From Octopus vulgaris (lineage: Eukaryota): a stretch of 64,000 nucleotides of DNA. A program made the translations under genes and the position numbers. The stretch lies in contig OX597823.1 of the NCBI GenBank assembly GCA_951406725.2, positions 13,826,001 through 13,890,000 of the forward strand. Reading direction: 5' to 3'. Under the pieces are notes generated by a model. It did no database searches. It worked only from the letters and a program-made list of their open reading frames with translations, and was not told where the DNA came from. Positions 1-11,863 of this stretch are shown here, in pieces (position 1 is the stretch's first letter; each line of letters begins with the position of its first letter).

Positions 1-40
1 CACGTCAACATCAAGATGAAGTAGTAGTGGTGGTGGGGGG

Positions 41-101
<61 letters not shown>

Positions 102-600
102 CAGTAGTAGAAGAAGTGATAAAAGAAGAAGAAGTGGAAAAAGAAGAAGAAAAAGAAGAAGAAAAAGAAGAAGAAGAAGAAGAAGAAGAGAAGAAGAAGA
201 AGAAGAAGAAGAAACAACAAGAGTGACAACTATATTTTACAACACAATCATGTCAACATCAAGAAGAAGAAGAAGGAGAAGAAGAAGAAGAAACAAGAGT
301 TACAACTATATTTTACAACACAATCATGTCAACATCAAGAAGAAGGAGAAGAAGAAGAAGAAGAAGAAGAAGAAGAAGAAGAAGAAGAAGAAGAAGAAGA
401 AGAAGGAGGAGGAGGAGGGGGAGGGGAGGGGGAGGAGAAAAAGGAGGAGAGGAAGGAGAAGAAGAAGAAGAAGAAGAAGAAGAAGAAGAAGAAGAAGAAC
501 AACAACAACAACAACAACAACAACAACCACGAAAACAACAACAACAACAACAACAGCAAAATCATCAACAACAACTAACAACATCAGCAGCAGCAGACAA
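1..600. repeat. Compound microsatellite (TAG)n/(AAG)n/(GGA)n/(ACA)n with a ~47-bp non-repetitive spacer present twice (~216-262, ~292-338)
   Basis: Direct reading. The spacer aacaagagt(g/t)acaactatattttacaacacaatcatgtcaacatcaag occurs twice, with a partial third copy at the window start. Confidence 0.9.
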
Positions 601-828
601 AGCCAAAAAAAAAAAAAGCAAGAAGAAGCGAATAGCAGTTTATTTTTAATAGATTTACTAATTGTGGACAGGGAACATTCCTTCCTTGTTAGATGCTAAT
701 ATAATAGATATACACCAACTTTATCTCTGCAATACCTTCTTAGCTAGTTACCCAACTATTAAATATTATCATTGTTTCACTCCGGTTATCATTTCTCACA
801 CGTTTTCTTTGTTTTCCCTTGTTACTTT

Positions 829-1652
<824 letters not shown>

Positions 1653-2224
1653 GTATACGCAAAAATACAAACAAGTGTGTGAGTGTTGCAAGAAAGCAAA
1701 ATATCCCCCAACAACAAATACGAGAATAAAGAAAATGAAAAAAAAAACAAAAAAAAAACTTTAACACTTAAATAAAAGAAGAAAAGAGAAAAAAAAAGAG
1801 AGGAAAAAGATTAACATCAAATAAAAATATGAAACAAAAACTGCTAAAAAAAAACCCAACAAAAATAAAGAAGTCTCGAACTGGCCTCTTAAGTTGCTAT
1901 GGTGATAATGTGAGAGTCTGGCCGTTGCTAATTACTGGAAAAATGTTGCCCAATTTTACCTTCTTTCTTGGCTTTTCTTTTCTCTTTTTTGTTTCCTTTT
2001 CTTTCCTCCTCTCTTTCTTTCTTTCTTCCTTTCTTTACTTTCTTTCTTTCTTTCTATCTTTCCGGTCTTATTTATCTGTTTAGTAATGGCGGAAAGGGAG
2101 CAACCAACGAAACTGAAACAAGAGATATGAGGAATTTCAACATATCTGCGTTGCTATGATTCATGAAATCATATTAACTGTACGTAGAGGAGGTCTTAGT
2201 TGTTGCTGGCATTGCTGCTCCTGT

Positions 2225-2611
2225 TGTTATTGATGTTGTAGTCGTCGTCGTCGTTGTTGTTGTTGTTGTTGCTGTTGTTGTTACTGTTGTTGCCACTATT
2301 GTTCACGTCGTAGGTGGAGATGGTAGAGACGATAGTAATAGTTGTGGTAGAGTGGTTGAATCTTGTTAGTATTGTTTGAGGTTTGTACTATAGTTTGCTG
2401 TTGAAGGTCGTGGTCACGATGGTGGTGTTAGCGGTGATGGTGATGGTAGCAGTAGTGGTTGTGGTGGTTGTGGTGGTGGTGGTGATGGGTTTGCGATGGT
2501 CTTGGTGGTAATGATGGTTGATCATTGTTGCTTTTGTAGGTGGCGGTGTTACTGATGACGGTGATGGTGATGGTAGTGGTAGTAATTAGTTACGCCATAG
2601 TCACTGTTGCT

Positions 2612-2665
<54 letters not shown>

Positions 2666-2677
2666 TTGGTGGTGGTG

Positions 2678-2713
<36 letters not shown>

Positions 2714-2731
2714 GTGTTGGTGGTGGTGGTG

Positions 2732-2777
<46 letters not shown>

Positions 2778-2778
2778 C

Positions 2779-2811
<33 letters not shown>

Positions 2812-2812
2812 T
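2225..2812. repeat. (GTT)n/(GGT)n/(TAG)n trinucleotide low-complexity tract
   Basis: Direct reading. Confidence 0.9.
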
Positions 2813-3310
2813 TAATCTGTGAATATCCCACTTTTTTCACTCTTTTTTCTTTTCAGACATAGTGTATCTAAGACTACATTATCCAATGTATCCCTCCTTT
2901 TTATAAGACGGTACGGTTAGATTTCAATGAGATTTGGCTGTTATTACTAAAAGTTCAACGACCGTATAGAAGTTTCCTCGTCAGTACCCAATAGTTGTTG
3001 TTGATGTTGTGTGTGTGTGTAAGTGTGTGTATCTGTGCATGTGTCTTCGTTTGTGTAAATATGTATATAAGTATATATGTAGATATGTATATATGTAAGT
3101 ATACATACATATATATATATGCGTATGTGTGTGTTTGTATGAACGTGGCCTATTCAAATGTTTGTGTTTAATGCAGCTCAATAATGTATTTTTCAATATC
3201 ACTTTCTGGATGTATGTCCATTAGCAAACAATATAAAGATGCGCTATTTAGTCCAAGGGAGATCTCTTTAAAGATGTAACAATCTGAAATAAGAACCCAG
3301 CATAATCAAA

Positions 3311-3655
3311 GATCATCATCATCATCATCATTGTTCGACCGTGATCCAGACAATGGAATTTACCATGCTACGCCAGACTTCACGGTCCATCATGGCATTA
3401 CGGAGGTCCTGTTGCTGGATGCCTGTATCCCTGGAGATTACATCTGGGTAGGAGAGTGTGCGCCCTCTAGTATTGCGAGTAGATGGCTTCCAGAGGAGAA
3501 GAGTAGAAATTACTTCTTTTTCAGCTCTACAACAATGTCCAGCAAACTGGACTCTCCTACCTTTCACAAGAGATGACACAGGTGATAGTTTCCCATATAT
3601 TTGCATTTTGGTTGGATGGCACCTCCACGAGAGATTTTGAGCTCTCATAAGGCGA
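3311..3655 (-). mobile_element. 5'-truncated RTE-type non-LTR retrotransposon (end of ORF plus (TGA)n tail)
   Basis: ORF 3328-3648(-) has RRVQFAGHCCR, LLLWKP, RGRTLSYPDVISRD and AMMDREVWR, typical of RTE/RTEX C-termini. A (TGA)n tail follows the stop codon directly. Confidence 0.85.
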
Positions 3656-3690
3656 TAGGCGAAACGAAATCGTCCGGAAAGTGACCGGGA

Positions 3691-3736
3691 GCGACAGATG
3701 TCGACATTTCGCGTTATTTCTGCTCTTCAGTGTTAC
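3691..3736 (-). ncRNA. Minimal type I hammerhead ribozyme motif with canonical core
   Basis: Minus strand reads GUAACA-CUGAAGA-GC agaaauaac GC-GAAA-UGUCGACA-UC-UGUCGC: CUGANGA and GAAA boxes, palindromic stem III, AUC cleavage triplet, stem I 5/6 paired including one G-U. Confidence 0.7.
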
Positions 3737-3796
3737 ATACTCTTTTAATACAATGCGTCTTCAACGAAAGATCACGACTCTATAGCATTTACTAAC

Positions 3797-5416
3797 ACAG
3801 ATACTAAAAGTTTTGAGACTTTTGTTTTAGGAAAGACAGTTATACCTGTACTAGATTATTGTAATTTTATAAAATCATTACAAGCTGATCTGCCAGAATT
3901 TGTTATTCCAGATTGAAGGAAATGGCTATAACACTACTTTGAACACACCCTACAAAATACTGCTTGTCATAGCTAACTAGTTTTCAGTATGCAGTCGGAA
4001 CGTTCGGATTCTCACTATGCAATAAAGTTTTGTGCTAAACTTGGTAAAAGCAGGACAGAAACTTGTGAAATGCTCCAGACAGTTTATAGATCAACTTGTA
4101 TAAGCCGCACACAGGACAAGCAAATCAAGTCCATCGTGATAACCATTATGACCCCCTTTCTGACAGCAAGGGTAGCATCTGTATCCTCTGAGCTCCTTCT
4201 GGCCAGGCGGAGAAAAAAGAGTGCTTTGTGGCGGTTTTGAGGGAGTTCGGACAGAGTTTTTCTCGCAAAAGGCGAGAGAACTCGCCCAGGACAACGAACT
4301 GGTCCACAACTCCATCCTGATAAGAGTTACTTGACAGAGGCGGGAAAAAAAGAGTGCTTTGTGAAAGTTTTGAGAGAGATCGGAAAGAGTTTTTCTCGCA
4401 AAAGGCGAGAGAACTCACCCAGGAAAAACGCATTAGTCCACAATTACATCCTGGTAAGAACTACTTGACAGAGACGGGCATCAAAACTACCCCTCACCCT
4501 CCCTTCAGTTCAGCGTCTGTTTTTCGCTGGCACAGGACAAGCAAATCAAGTCCACCAGGATAATCATTTTGACCCCCTTTCTGACAGCAAGGACAGCATC
4601 TACATCCTCTGGGTTCACTCTAGCCAGACGGGAAAAAAAGAGTGCTTTGTGGAGGTTTTGAGGGAGTTCAGAAAGAGTTTTTCTCGCACCAGGACAACGC
4701 TTCAGTCCACGATTCCATCCTGGTAAGAACTACTTGACAGAGGCTGGTATCAAAACTGTCCTTCACCCTCCCTTCAGTTCAGCATCTGTGATTCCAGTGA
4801 TTTTTTGGTTGTTCACCAAACAGAAGGAGGAGATGAAGGTTTCTGTGACACCTTCATTTTGGAAGATTTCCATGGGGCCTACATGAGGCTGATGGATCGC
4901 TACAACAAATACACTGCAGTCAGAGGATCCTACTTTGAAGGAGATTAGAGTCTTGTACTTATTTAAGAGTAGCAGTATCGCCCGGCGTTGCTCGGGTTTG
5001 TAAGGGAAAATAACTATATAAGAATTTTTAGAGATGTAAAGTATAATAGCCATCTCAATATGGTTAACCACAAAGGGGGTGTGTTACTGTAGCTTTTTAC
5101 GTTCTGAGATTTAATAATAAATTTTTAGAGAGCTACTTCCCTTATATATGCCAAAAATGCATTGAAAATGGGAAAAATTGATGGCAATTTTTTTTTAAAT
5201 CGTAGACTCATCGTAGACGCGGGCTAATACCCAGAAGGGTTCGATATGAATCACGACTATAAGATACCCGGTTTTCGTTAAACTGCACCGCAAAATGTGG
5301 GAGTAGTTAGGAATCTAAATCGTAGGAGACAGACAGCACACAACCTCACTTTTATATATAAAAATTAATAAATGTCTTTCCTGTAAAAGTCTCAAAACTC
5401 TGGAACGTATCTCGTA
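3797..5416 (+). mobile_element. Defective Tc1/mariner (mariner-type) element with TIRs, internal deletion and internal duplications
   Basis: N-terminal HTH YAIKFCAKLGKSRTETCEMLQ at 3989; QDNALVH and PHPPFSS motifs; C-terminal AVRGSYFEGD* ending at 4948. Inverted termini agttttgagactttt..aggaaagaca (~3809-3838) and tgtctttcct..aaaagtctcaaaact (~5373-5399); right end ..tctcgta. Confidence 0.85.
4968..5362 (-). mobile_element. Non-autonomous Helitron-like element nested in the mariner 3' region
   Basis: Minus strand begins TATATATAAAAGTGAGGTTG and ends in the hairpin CCCGAGCAACGCCGGG followed by CGATACTGCTAC (one base from CTAG). No TSD. It separates the mariner stop codon from its right TIR. 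Confidence 0.7.
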
Positions 5417-6059
5417 CATTAAGTGTGTGATATTCTATATAAGTATGCATACATGAATATTTGTATGTATGTATGTATATATGTAGGCATGCTTGTGTGC
5501 ATTTATGTATATATATGTATCTATGTGTGTGTACATATGTATGGAAATATGTATGTATGTATTGTTGTTGTAACTACTGGCACAGTAGCTGAAGCCGTTG
5601 TCACTGCTGTTATTTCTGTAGTTGTTGCTGTTGTTTCCGAGATTATGTAACCACAGATCATTTCTGATGTCAGAACCCCTGCCATATAAACATTTGCAGT
5701 AGTGTCACTAGAGTTGATGCCATCAAGAACGGGAGGTCATATTTTCACCTCCGGCTCAAGGTGTCCTTTCGTATAAGATCAAACAGAATCCATAGTCAAA
5801 GTTTTCTTTATGCTAAAGTTTCTCGTAAATCTTAATTCCTGTTTGTCACTGAACACAATGGCAATTACAGCGACATAAACATGTAACAAAAGTGAAATTT
5901 CATTTTAAAATTACAGTATCGTACGCACGATTTCATACAGTTTTATGGTCGGAGAATAGGCAGAGTGGTTTGAACTTTTCTTTTTATTTTATATAACTGA
6001 TCTCACACTTCTTTCATTTCTTGGACCGCGGTAAGGTTGGGATTCCACATTGAAGGATT

Positions 6060-6560
6060 ATAATCGAACAAATTAACCGCTGTGTTTATTTTTAAAGTCT
6101 GGTACTTATTCTATCGTTCCCTATTTCCGAATCACTAATGTACGAGGACGTAAACAAACAATCAACGGTTGCCAAGTGGACCGATGTTAAGCACCCAAAT
6201 ACTAAAAAAAGGAAAACATATCGACAGATTACCAATGACATGTTTCCGGGTTCAGTCTCACTGCTTGGCAATTTGGACAAGTGTCTTCTGCTATAGCCTC
6301 GAGTCGACCAAAGCCTTGTGAGTGGATTTGGTAGACGGAAACTGAAAGAATCCCGTTGTATATATGTATATATAACAAAAACACAGACGCAAAAACACAT
6401 TTAGTTACACAACGAGCATTTGCGCCTTTTCCGTCCAATAAATTTACTCAAAAGGCAATTGTCGAAATGCGGGGCTATAATTAGAGATACTTGCCTCAGG
6501 AACTGAAACCTCAATCACGAAGTTGCAAAACAAGATTCTTAACCACACTGCTATGCTTCG
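6060..6560. mobile_element. Degenerate nested family A SINE pieces (old minus-strand copy interrupted by a plus-strand head, ~6235-6362)
   Basis: Similarity to the family A copy at 6836-7286 in both orientations. Confidence 0.6.
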
Positions 6561-6835
6561 TGGTATATGCTCCAACTTTCTGCGCTCTAATTTCAAATCC
6601 CGTCGAAGCTAACTTTGCTTTTCGTCCTTTTGCAAACATACTATTAAATTGATAGAAGTGTGATAGGGCCGAGCAAGGTTCCTTGAGTCATTTGTTCTGG
6701 CTTTTCTATTCAGATGGTTAGTACCGCCTGCAAAGACACTGGTGCCAAGCTGCATTTGCCCCAAAGCGACACGGTGGACTTTTCCTTGTAGAAAACATCG
6801 GTAGTAGAGAGAAACTTGCATTCATGTACAGTTGA

Positions 6836-7047
6836 CTCTCTTTTACTCTTTTACTCTTTTACTTGTTTCAGTCATTTGACTGCGGCCATGCTGGAGCACC
6901 GCCTTTAGTCGAGCTAATCAACCCCGGGACTTATTCTTTGTAAGCCCAGTACTTATTCTATCGGTCTCTTTTTGCCGAACCGCTAAGTGACGGGGACGTA
7001 AACACACCAGCATCGGTTGTCAAGCAATGCTAGGGGGACAAACACAG

Positions 7048-7124
<77 letters not shown>

Positions 7125-7286
7125 TACGACAGGCTTCTTTCAGTTTCCGTCTACCAAATCCACTCACAAGGCATTGGTCGGCCCGGGGCTATAGCAGAAG
7201 ACACTTTCCCAAGATGCCACGCAGTGGGACTGAACCCGGAACCATGTGGTTGTTTAGCAAGCTACTTACCACACAGCCACTCCTGC
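6836..7286 (-). mobile_element. tRNA-derived SINE family A, near full length (CORE-like segment, internal (TA)n/(CA)n, (AAAAGAGT)n tail)
   Basis: Minus-strand head has A box TGGCTGTGTGG and B box GGTTCAGTCCC, then a CORE-like segment (ttgggcaagtgtctt in sister copies). About ten similar copies occur in the window. Confidence 0.9.
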
Positions 7287-7740
7287 TTCAAATATATTCC
7301 TCAGATCCTCATATATATGCCAAATGCACAGCGGTGGTACGATTGGTTGTGCAGCAGTCTACTGAGGTTACTCATATTTACGTTCTTCAATTTCTGGGCA
7401 GAAATCTTCCAAATGAGTTTCATTACCACCAATGAAACAACTGAGTTTTCTGCTCTGAATCATGCTTTTTATACGCCTCTGGATACTCATCCGGAAGAAG
7501 CCTTGTGAATTCTAAAGAATCTCAAAGACTGGCGAGTCTATGCTCAGCCCCACTCCTTTTACTCTTTTACTCTTTTACCTGTTTCAGCCATTTGACTGCG
7601 GCCATGCTGGAGCACCGGCTTTGGTCGAGCAAATCTACCCCAGGATTTATTCTTTGTAAGCCTAGTATTTATTCTATCAGTCTCTTTTTCCGATCCGCTA
7701 AGTTACGGGGACTTAAACACACCAGCATCGGAGCACCGCC

Positions 7741-7922
7741 AGCAATTTTTTTCCTCTGTCTTCCCTTCTCGGGATCTTTCCTTCTCCTATGTTTCCGACG
7801 AAGAGCTCCGCTCGAAACGTTAAACCCTCCTTCTTCCCTTCTTTCCTGAGCGTCCCATAATACTTTATTTGTTTCACGTCCTCGCGTTGCTGTGTTTTTT
7901 TTGTGTTTTCTTGTTTGGATTA

Positions 7923-7927
<5 letters not shown>
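7741..7927 (+). mobile_element. Penelope-like pseudo-LTR relic carrying a hammerhead-like motif at 7791-7825
   Basis: GUUU-CCGACGA-aGAGC ucc GCUC-GAAA-CG-UU-AAAC. A pyrimidine-rich 3' part abuts (TA)n. Related to 16118-16270. Confidence 0.6.
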
Positions 7928-7975
<48 letters not shown>

Positions 7976-7977
7976 TA

Positions 7978-8136
7978 CAACAATTGAGGGTAAAATTAAT
8001 TAATTAATCAATTTCACCATATTCAGTATGCAAAGGGACCATTTAAGGCGAATTTTGAATTCGCCTTAAATGGTCCCTTTGCATACTGAATACTTGGTGA
8101 AATTGATTAATTAATTAATTTTACCCTCAATTGTTG
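7978..8136. repeat. Near-perfect foldback palindrome (~77-bp arms, 3-nt loop) embedded in (TA)n
   Basis: Arms 7978-8054 and 8058-8136 are reverse complements except for a 2-nt indel. Confidence 0.95.
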
Positions 8137-8140
8137 AAAT

Positions 8141-8173
<33 letters not shown>

Positions 8174-9489
8174 CGACGGGATTCTTTCAGTTTCTGTCTA
8201 CCAAATCCACTCACAAGGCTTTGGTCGGCCCGAGGCAATAGCAGAAGACACTTGCCCAAGGTGCCATGCAGTGGGACTGAACCCGGAACCATGTCGTTGG
8301 TAAGCTGTTAATATTTTTTCCTTTTTTTACTATTTGGGTGCTTAACATCGGTCCATATTGCTTAGCAAAATCAGCAGCAAACCAGGGGTTAACATATCTC
8401 ATTAAACCCCTGATTTGCTTTTGTGTTACGTTACCCATGTACTGGTGAATAAACCCATTGGAAGATGTCCCGCGCACATACTCTACTTGCTCAGAGGCCT
8501 CACCTTCGGTCTTGAAAATCAGAGAAACAGTATCGTGGGCTAGTCTTTTTAAAATATGGATAATACGTCGACAAACCTGACGTCGACAAACACAACCTCT
8601 AATTCTTGTTTGACGGTGATTGAAGAAACACATCCCTCTTCTCGTGAAACAAAGATATTTCGATTTTCTCATTGCCTGTTGCTCAGCGTATTTCTCCAGC
8701 TAGGAGATTAAGTTTTATCAAATCAATGTCTTCATTGTTCAGCTCAGATTCAGACATTCCTTTTGTCATATCCAATAATTCAAAACTAACTCCATATACT
8801 CACGCCCACACATTTGTGTGCGTGCGCGCGCGTATTTATGTCTGTCTGTCTGTCTGTATCAGACTTGTAAGTGTTGTTGTTGTTTGTCTGATCGCTGAAA
8901 AATATAGCAGATTTCCCAAGAGCCATATTACTTTTTCCTGTAAACTTTCCATGTTTACGATAGAGAAGAACTTTGGCAGTTCAGGACCGTCGTCATTTTT
9001 AGCCTGACAAACGCAGAAATGCTATTTTCATTCATGCTTGGAGCCATTGAGAACAAACCCGAAGTAATGTCCAAATTTATTTATTTATTTATTTATTTGC
9101 TTTTGGTAAACACACTAATAAAACAAAACACATGCTTTGCAGTAAAGATATTCATCATAGCGAAACAATTAATAAATTCAAGTTTGTGTTACAAAAAACG
9201 TTGAAAACAATCGTATTCCAAATATCAACATCAAGGACGAAAGGAAACTGTCAGCTACAATCATAATTGTTTCCTATTTTGGCACAAGGACAACAATTTC
9301 CAGTGGGAAGAGGAAGTTGATTATATCGACCCCAACATTTGTTTGGTACCCCATTTTGTTGACCTTGAAAGGATGAAAGGCAAAGTTGAACTCGGAGCAG
9401 GTCTTGAATTTAAAATGTAAATGGCCGGAAGAAACCCAGCAATGTATTCTTTTCAACGCTCAAACGATTATAATATTTGTTTCAAACTT

Positions 9490-10246
9490 CAAGGCGGTGA
9501 GCTGGCAGAAACGTTAGCACACCGGGCGGAATGCGTAGCCGTAGTTCATCTGCCGCTACGTTCTGAGTTCAAATTTCGCCGAGGTCGACTTTGCCTTTCA
9601 TCCTTTCGGGGTCGATAAATTAAGTACCAGTTACGCACTGGGGTCGATGTAATCGACTTAATACCTATGCCTGTCCTTGTTTGTCCCCTCTGTCTTTAGC
9701 CCCTTGTGGGTAATAAAGAAATAGGTATTTCGTCTGCCGCTACGTTCTGAGTTCAAATTTTGCCGAGGTCGACTTTGCCTTTCATCCTTTCGGGGTCGAT
9801 TAAATAAGTACCAGTTACGCACTGGGGTTGATATAATCGACTTAATCCGTTTGTCTGTCCTTGTTCATCCTCTCTGTGTTTAGCCCATTGTGGGTAGTAA
9901 AGAAATAGGTATTTCGTCTGCCGTTACGTTCTGAGTTCCAATTCCACCGAGGTCGACTTTGCCTTTCATCATTTCGAGGTCGATAAATTAAGTACCAGTT
10001 ACGCACTGGGGTCGATATAATCGACTTAATCCGTTTGTCTGTCCTTGTTTGTCCCCTCTGTGTTTAGCCCCCTGTGGGTTGTAAAGAAATAGGTATTTCG
10101 TCTTTACGTTCAAATTCCGCCGAGGTCGACTTTGCTTTTCATCATTTTGGGATCGATAAATTGAGTACCAGTTGCGTACTGGGGTCGATTTAATCGACTG
10201 TCCTCCTACCCCAAAATTTCGGGCTTTGTGCCTAGAATAGAAAAGC
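9490..10246 (+). mobile_element. tRNA-derived SINE family C tetramer (one head plus ~182-bp tandem units) with 17-bp TSD
   Basis: Head aaggcggtgagctggcagaaacgttagc, B box gagttcaaat. TSD atatttgtttcaaactt at 9473-9489 and 10247-10263. Confidence 0.9.
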
Positions 10247-10429
10247 ATATTTGTTTCAAACTTTGACACGAGGCCAGAATTTTTAGGTAATGGGATAAGT
10301 CGATTACATCATCCCCAGTATTCAACTGGTACATTTTTTATCGACCCTGAAAGGGATAAAAGGTAAAGTCGAGCACGGCGGAATTTTGACCAAAGCATTT
10401 TGTTCAACGTGCTAACCATTCTTTTTTTT

Positions 10430-10988
10430 TTTTTTTTGCCCACCAGGGGCTAAACATAGAGGGCAGAAACAAGGACAGACAAAGGGATTAATTTATCGAC
10501 CCCGAAAAGATGAAAGGTAAAGTCGACCTCGGCGGAATTTGAACTCAGAACGTAGCGGCAGACGACATACCTATTTCTTTACTACCAATAAGGGACTAAA
10601 CACAGAGGGGACAAACAAGGACAGACAAACGTATTAAGTCGATTACATCGACCCCAGTGCGTAACTGGTACTTAATTTATCGACCCCGAAAAGATGAAAG
10701 GCAAAGTCGACCTCGGCGGAATTTGAACTCAGAACGTAACGGCAGACGACATACCTATTTCTTTACTACCAATAAGGGACTAAACACAGAGGGGACAAAC
10801 AAGGACAGACAAACGTATTAAGTCGATTACACGACCCCAGTGCGTAACTGGTACTTAATTTATCGACCCCGAAAAGATGAAAGGCAAAGTCGACCTCGGC
10901 AGAATTTGAACTCAGAACGTAGCGGCAGACGAAATACGGCTACGCATTTCGCCCGACGTGCCAACGATTCTGCCACCTCGGCGCCTTA
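10430..10988 (-). mobile_element. Family C SINE tandem array (about 3 units), facing the 9490-10246 array
   Basis: Repeated unit ..gaccccgaaaagatgaaaggcaaagtcgacctcggcggaatttgaactcagaac..; head at the right end. Confidence 0.9.
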
Positions 10989-11512
10989 GTTAAAGTAATC
11001 TTAGCTTTCGTCTAGAAAATAAAGAATATTAGTCGAAAGCTAATATTATTTTAACATTGAGAAAACTGTGGACTTGTTTCGACATTATGATCAAGATTAA
11101 CTCCTCAGTAATGAAGACAGAGTCACTAAGTAAATAAACAAGATTGGACAATAGTTTTAGACATTATTTTTGATCAGTTTTCCTCTTAGACACTGAAAAA
11201 TTAGTAGAAACAGACTTAGAGAAAAACTCTCAGAAAATTATGAATGTTTCGTAAAAAGCATTGAGTAATTTTTTTTTTTTCGAATTGCTGTTCGTAAAAG
11301 TGATCTCATAAATGGAATCATGTGCCTTGTTATTGCTGCTGTCATCGTAATCGTAGTTATTTTGCGTTTTAGAGTTCTTCATTTGAGAATGTGATCTTAG
11401 ATACAACGTCGCTGGGGAAAAAGTGAAGTGATTTATCAGGACTAGCCATTGGCTAAGCAACGATAGCAACGATAGCAAAGTGCAGGAAAAGGGGATCAGA
11501 GAGACCCTAGCT

Positions 11513-11514
<2 letters not shown>

Positions 11515-11569
<55 letters not shown>

Positions 11570-11733
11570 CTCCCCCTCCTCCTTCTCCTTCTTCTTCTTT
11601 CCTCTTCTCCCTATTTCTTCCACTTTCTTCTTTTCTCTTCTTCCATCTTTTACTCTGCCTAGTTCCTTCTCACTCACTTCGACACTTCCGTTTTTCACCA
11701 CCACCACCACAACTGCTGCTGCTGCTGCTGCTG

Positions 11734-11781
<48 letters not shown>

Positions 11782-11786
11782 TTATT

Positions 11787-11821
<35 letters not shown>

Positions 11822-11826
11822 TAATG

Positions 11827-11863
<37 letters not shown>

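Larger units (their letters stand above)
7555..8306 (-). mobile_element. Family A SINE split by insertions at its internal (TA)n (tail ~7555-7730, head ~8172-8306)
   Basis: The tail and head halves match 6836-7286 and flank the 7741-8136 inserts. Confidence 0.75.

Noticed and set aside
9545-10246. Regularly spaced repeats resembling a CRISPR array or a hammerhead retrozyme array
   Set aside because: The whole ~182-bp unit repeats with no unique spacers, no cas genes are present, and I found no CUGANGA..GAAA fold in the unit on either strand.
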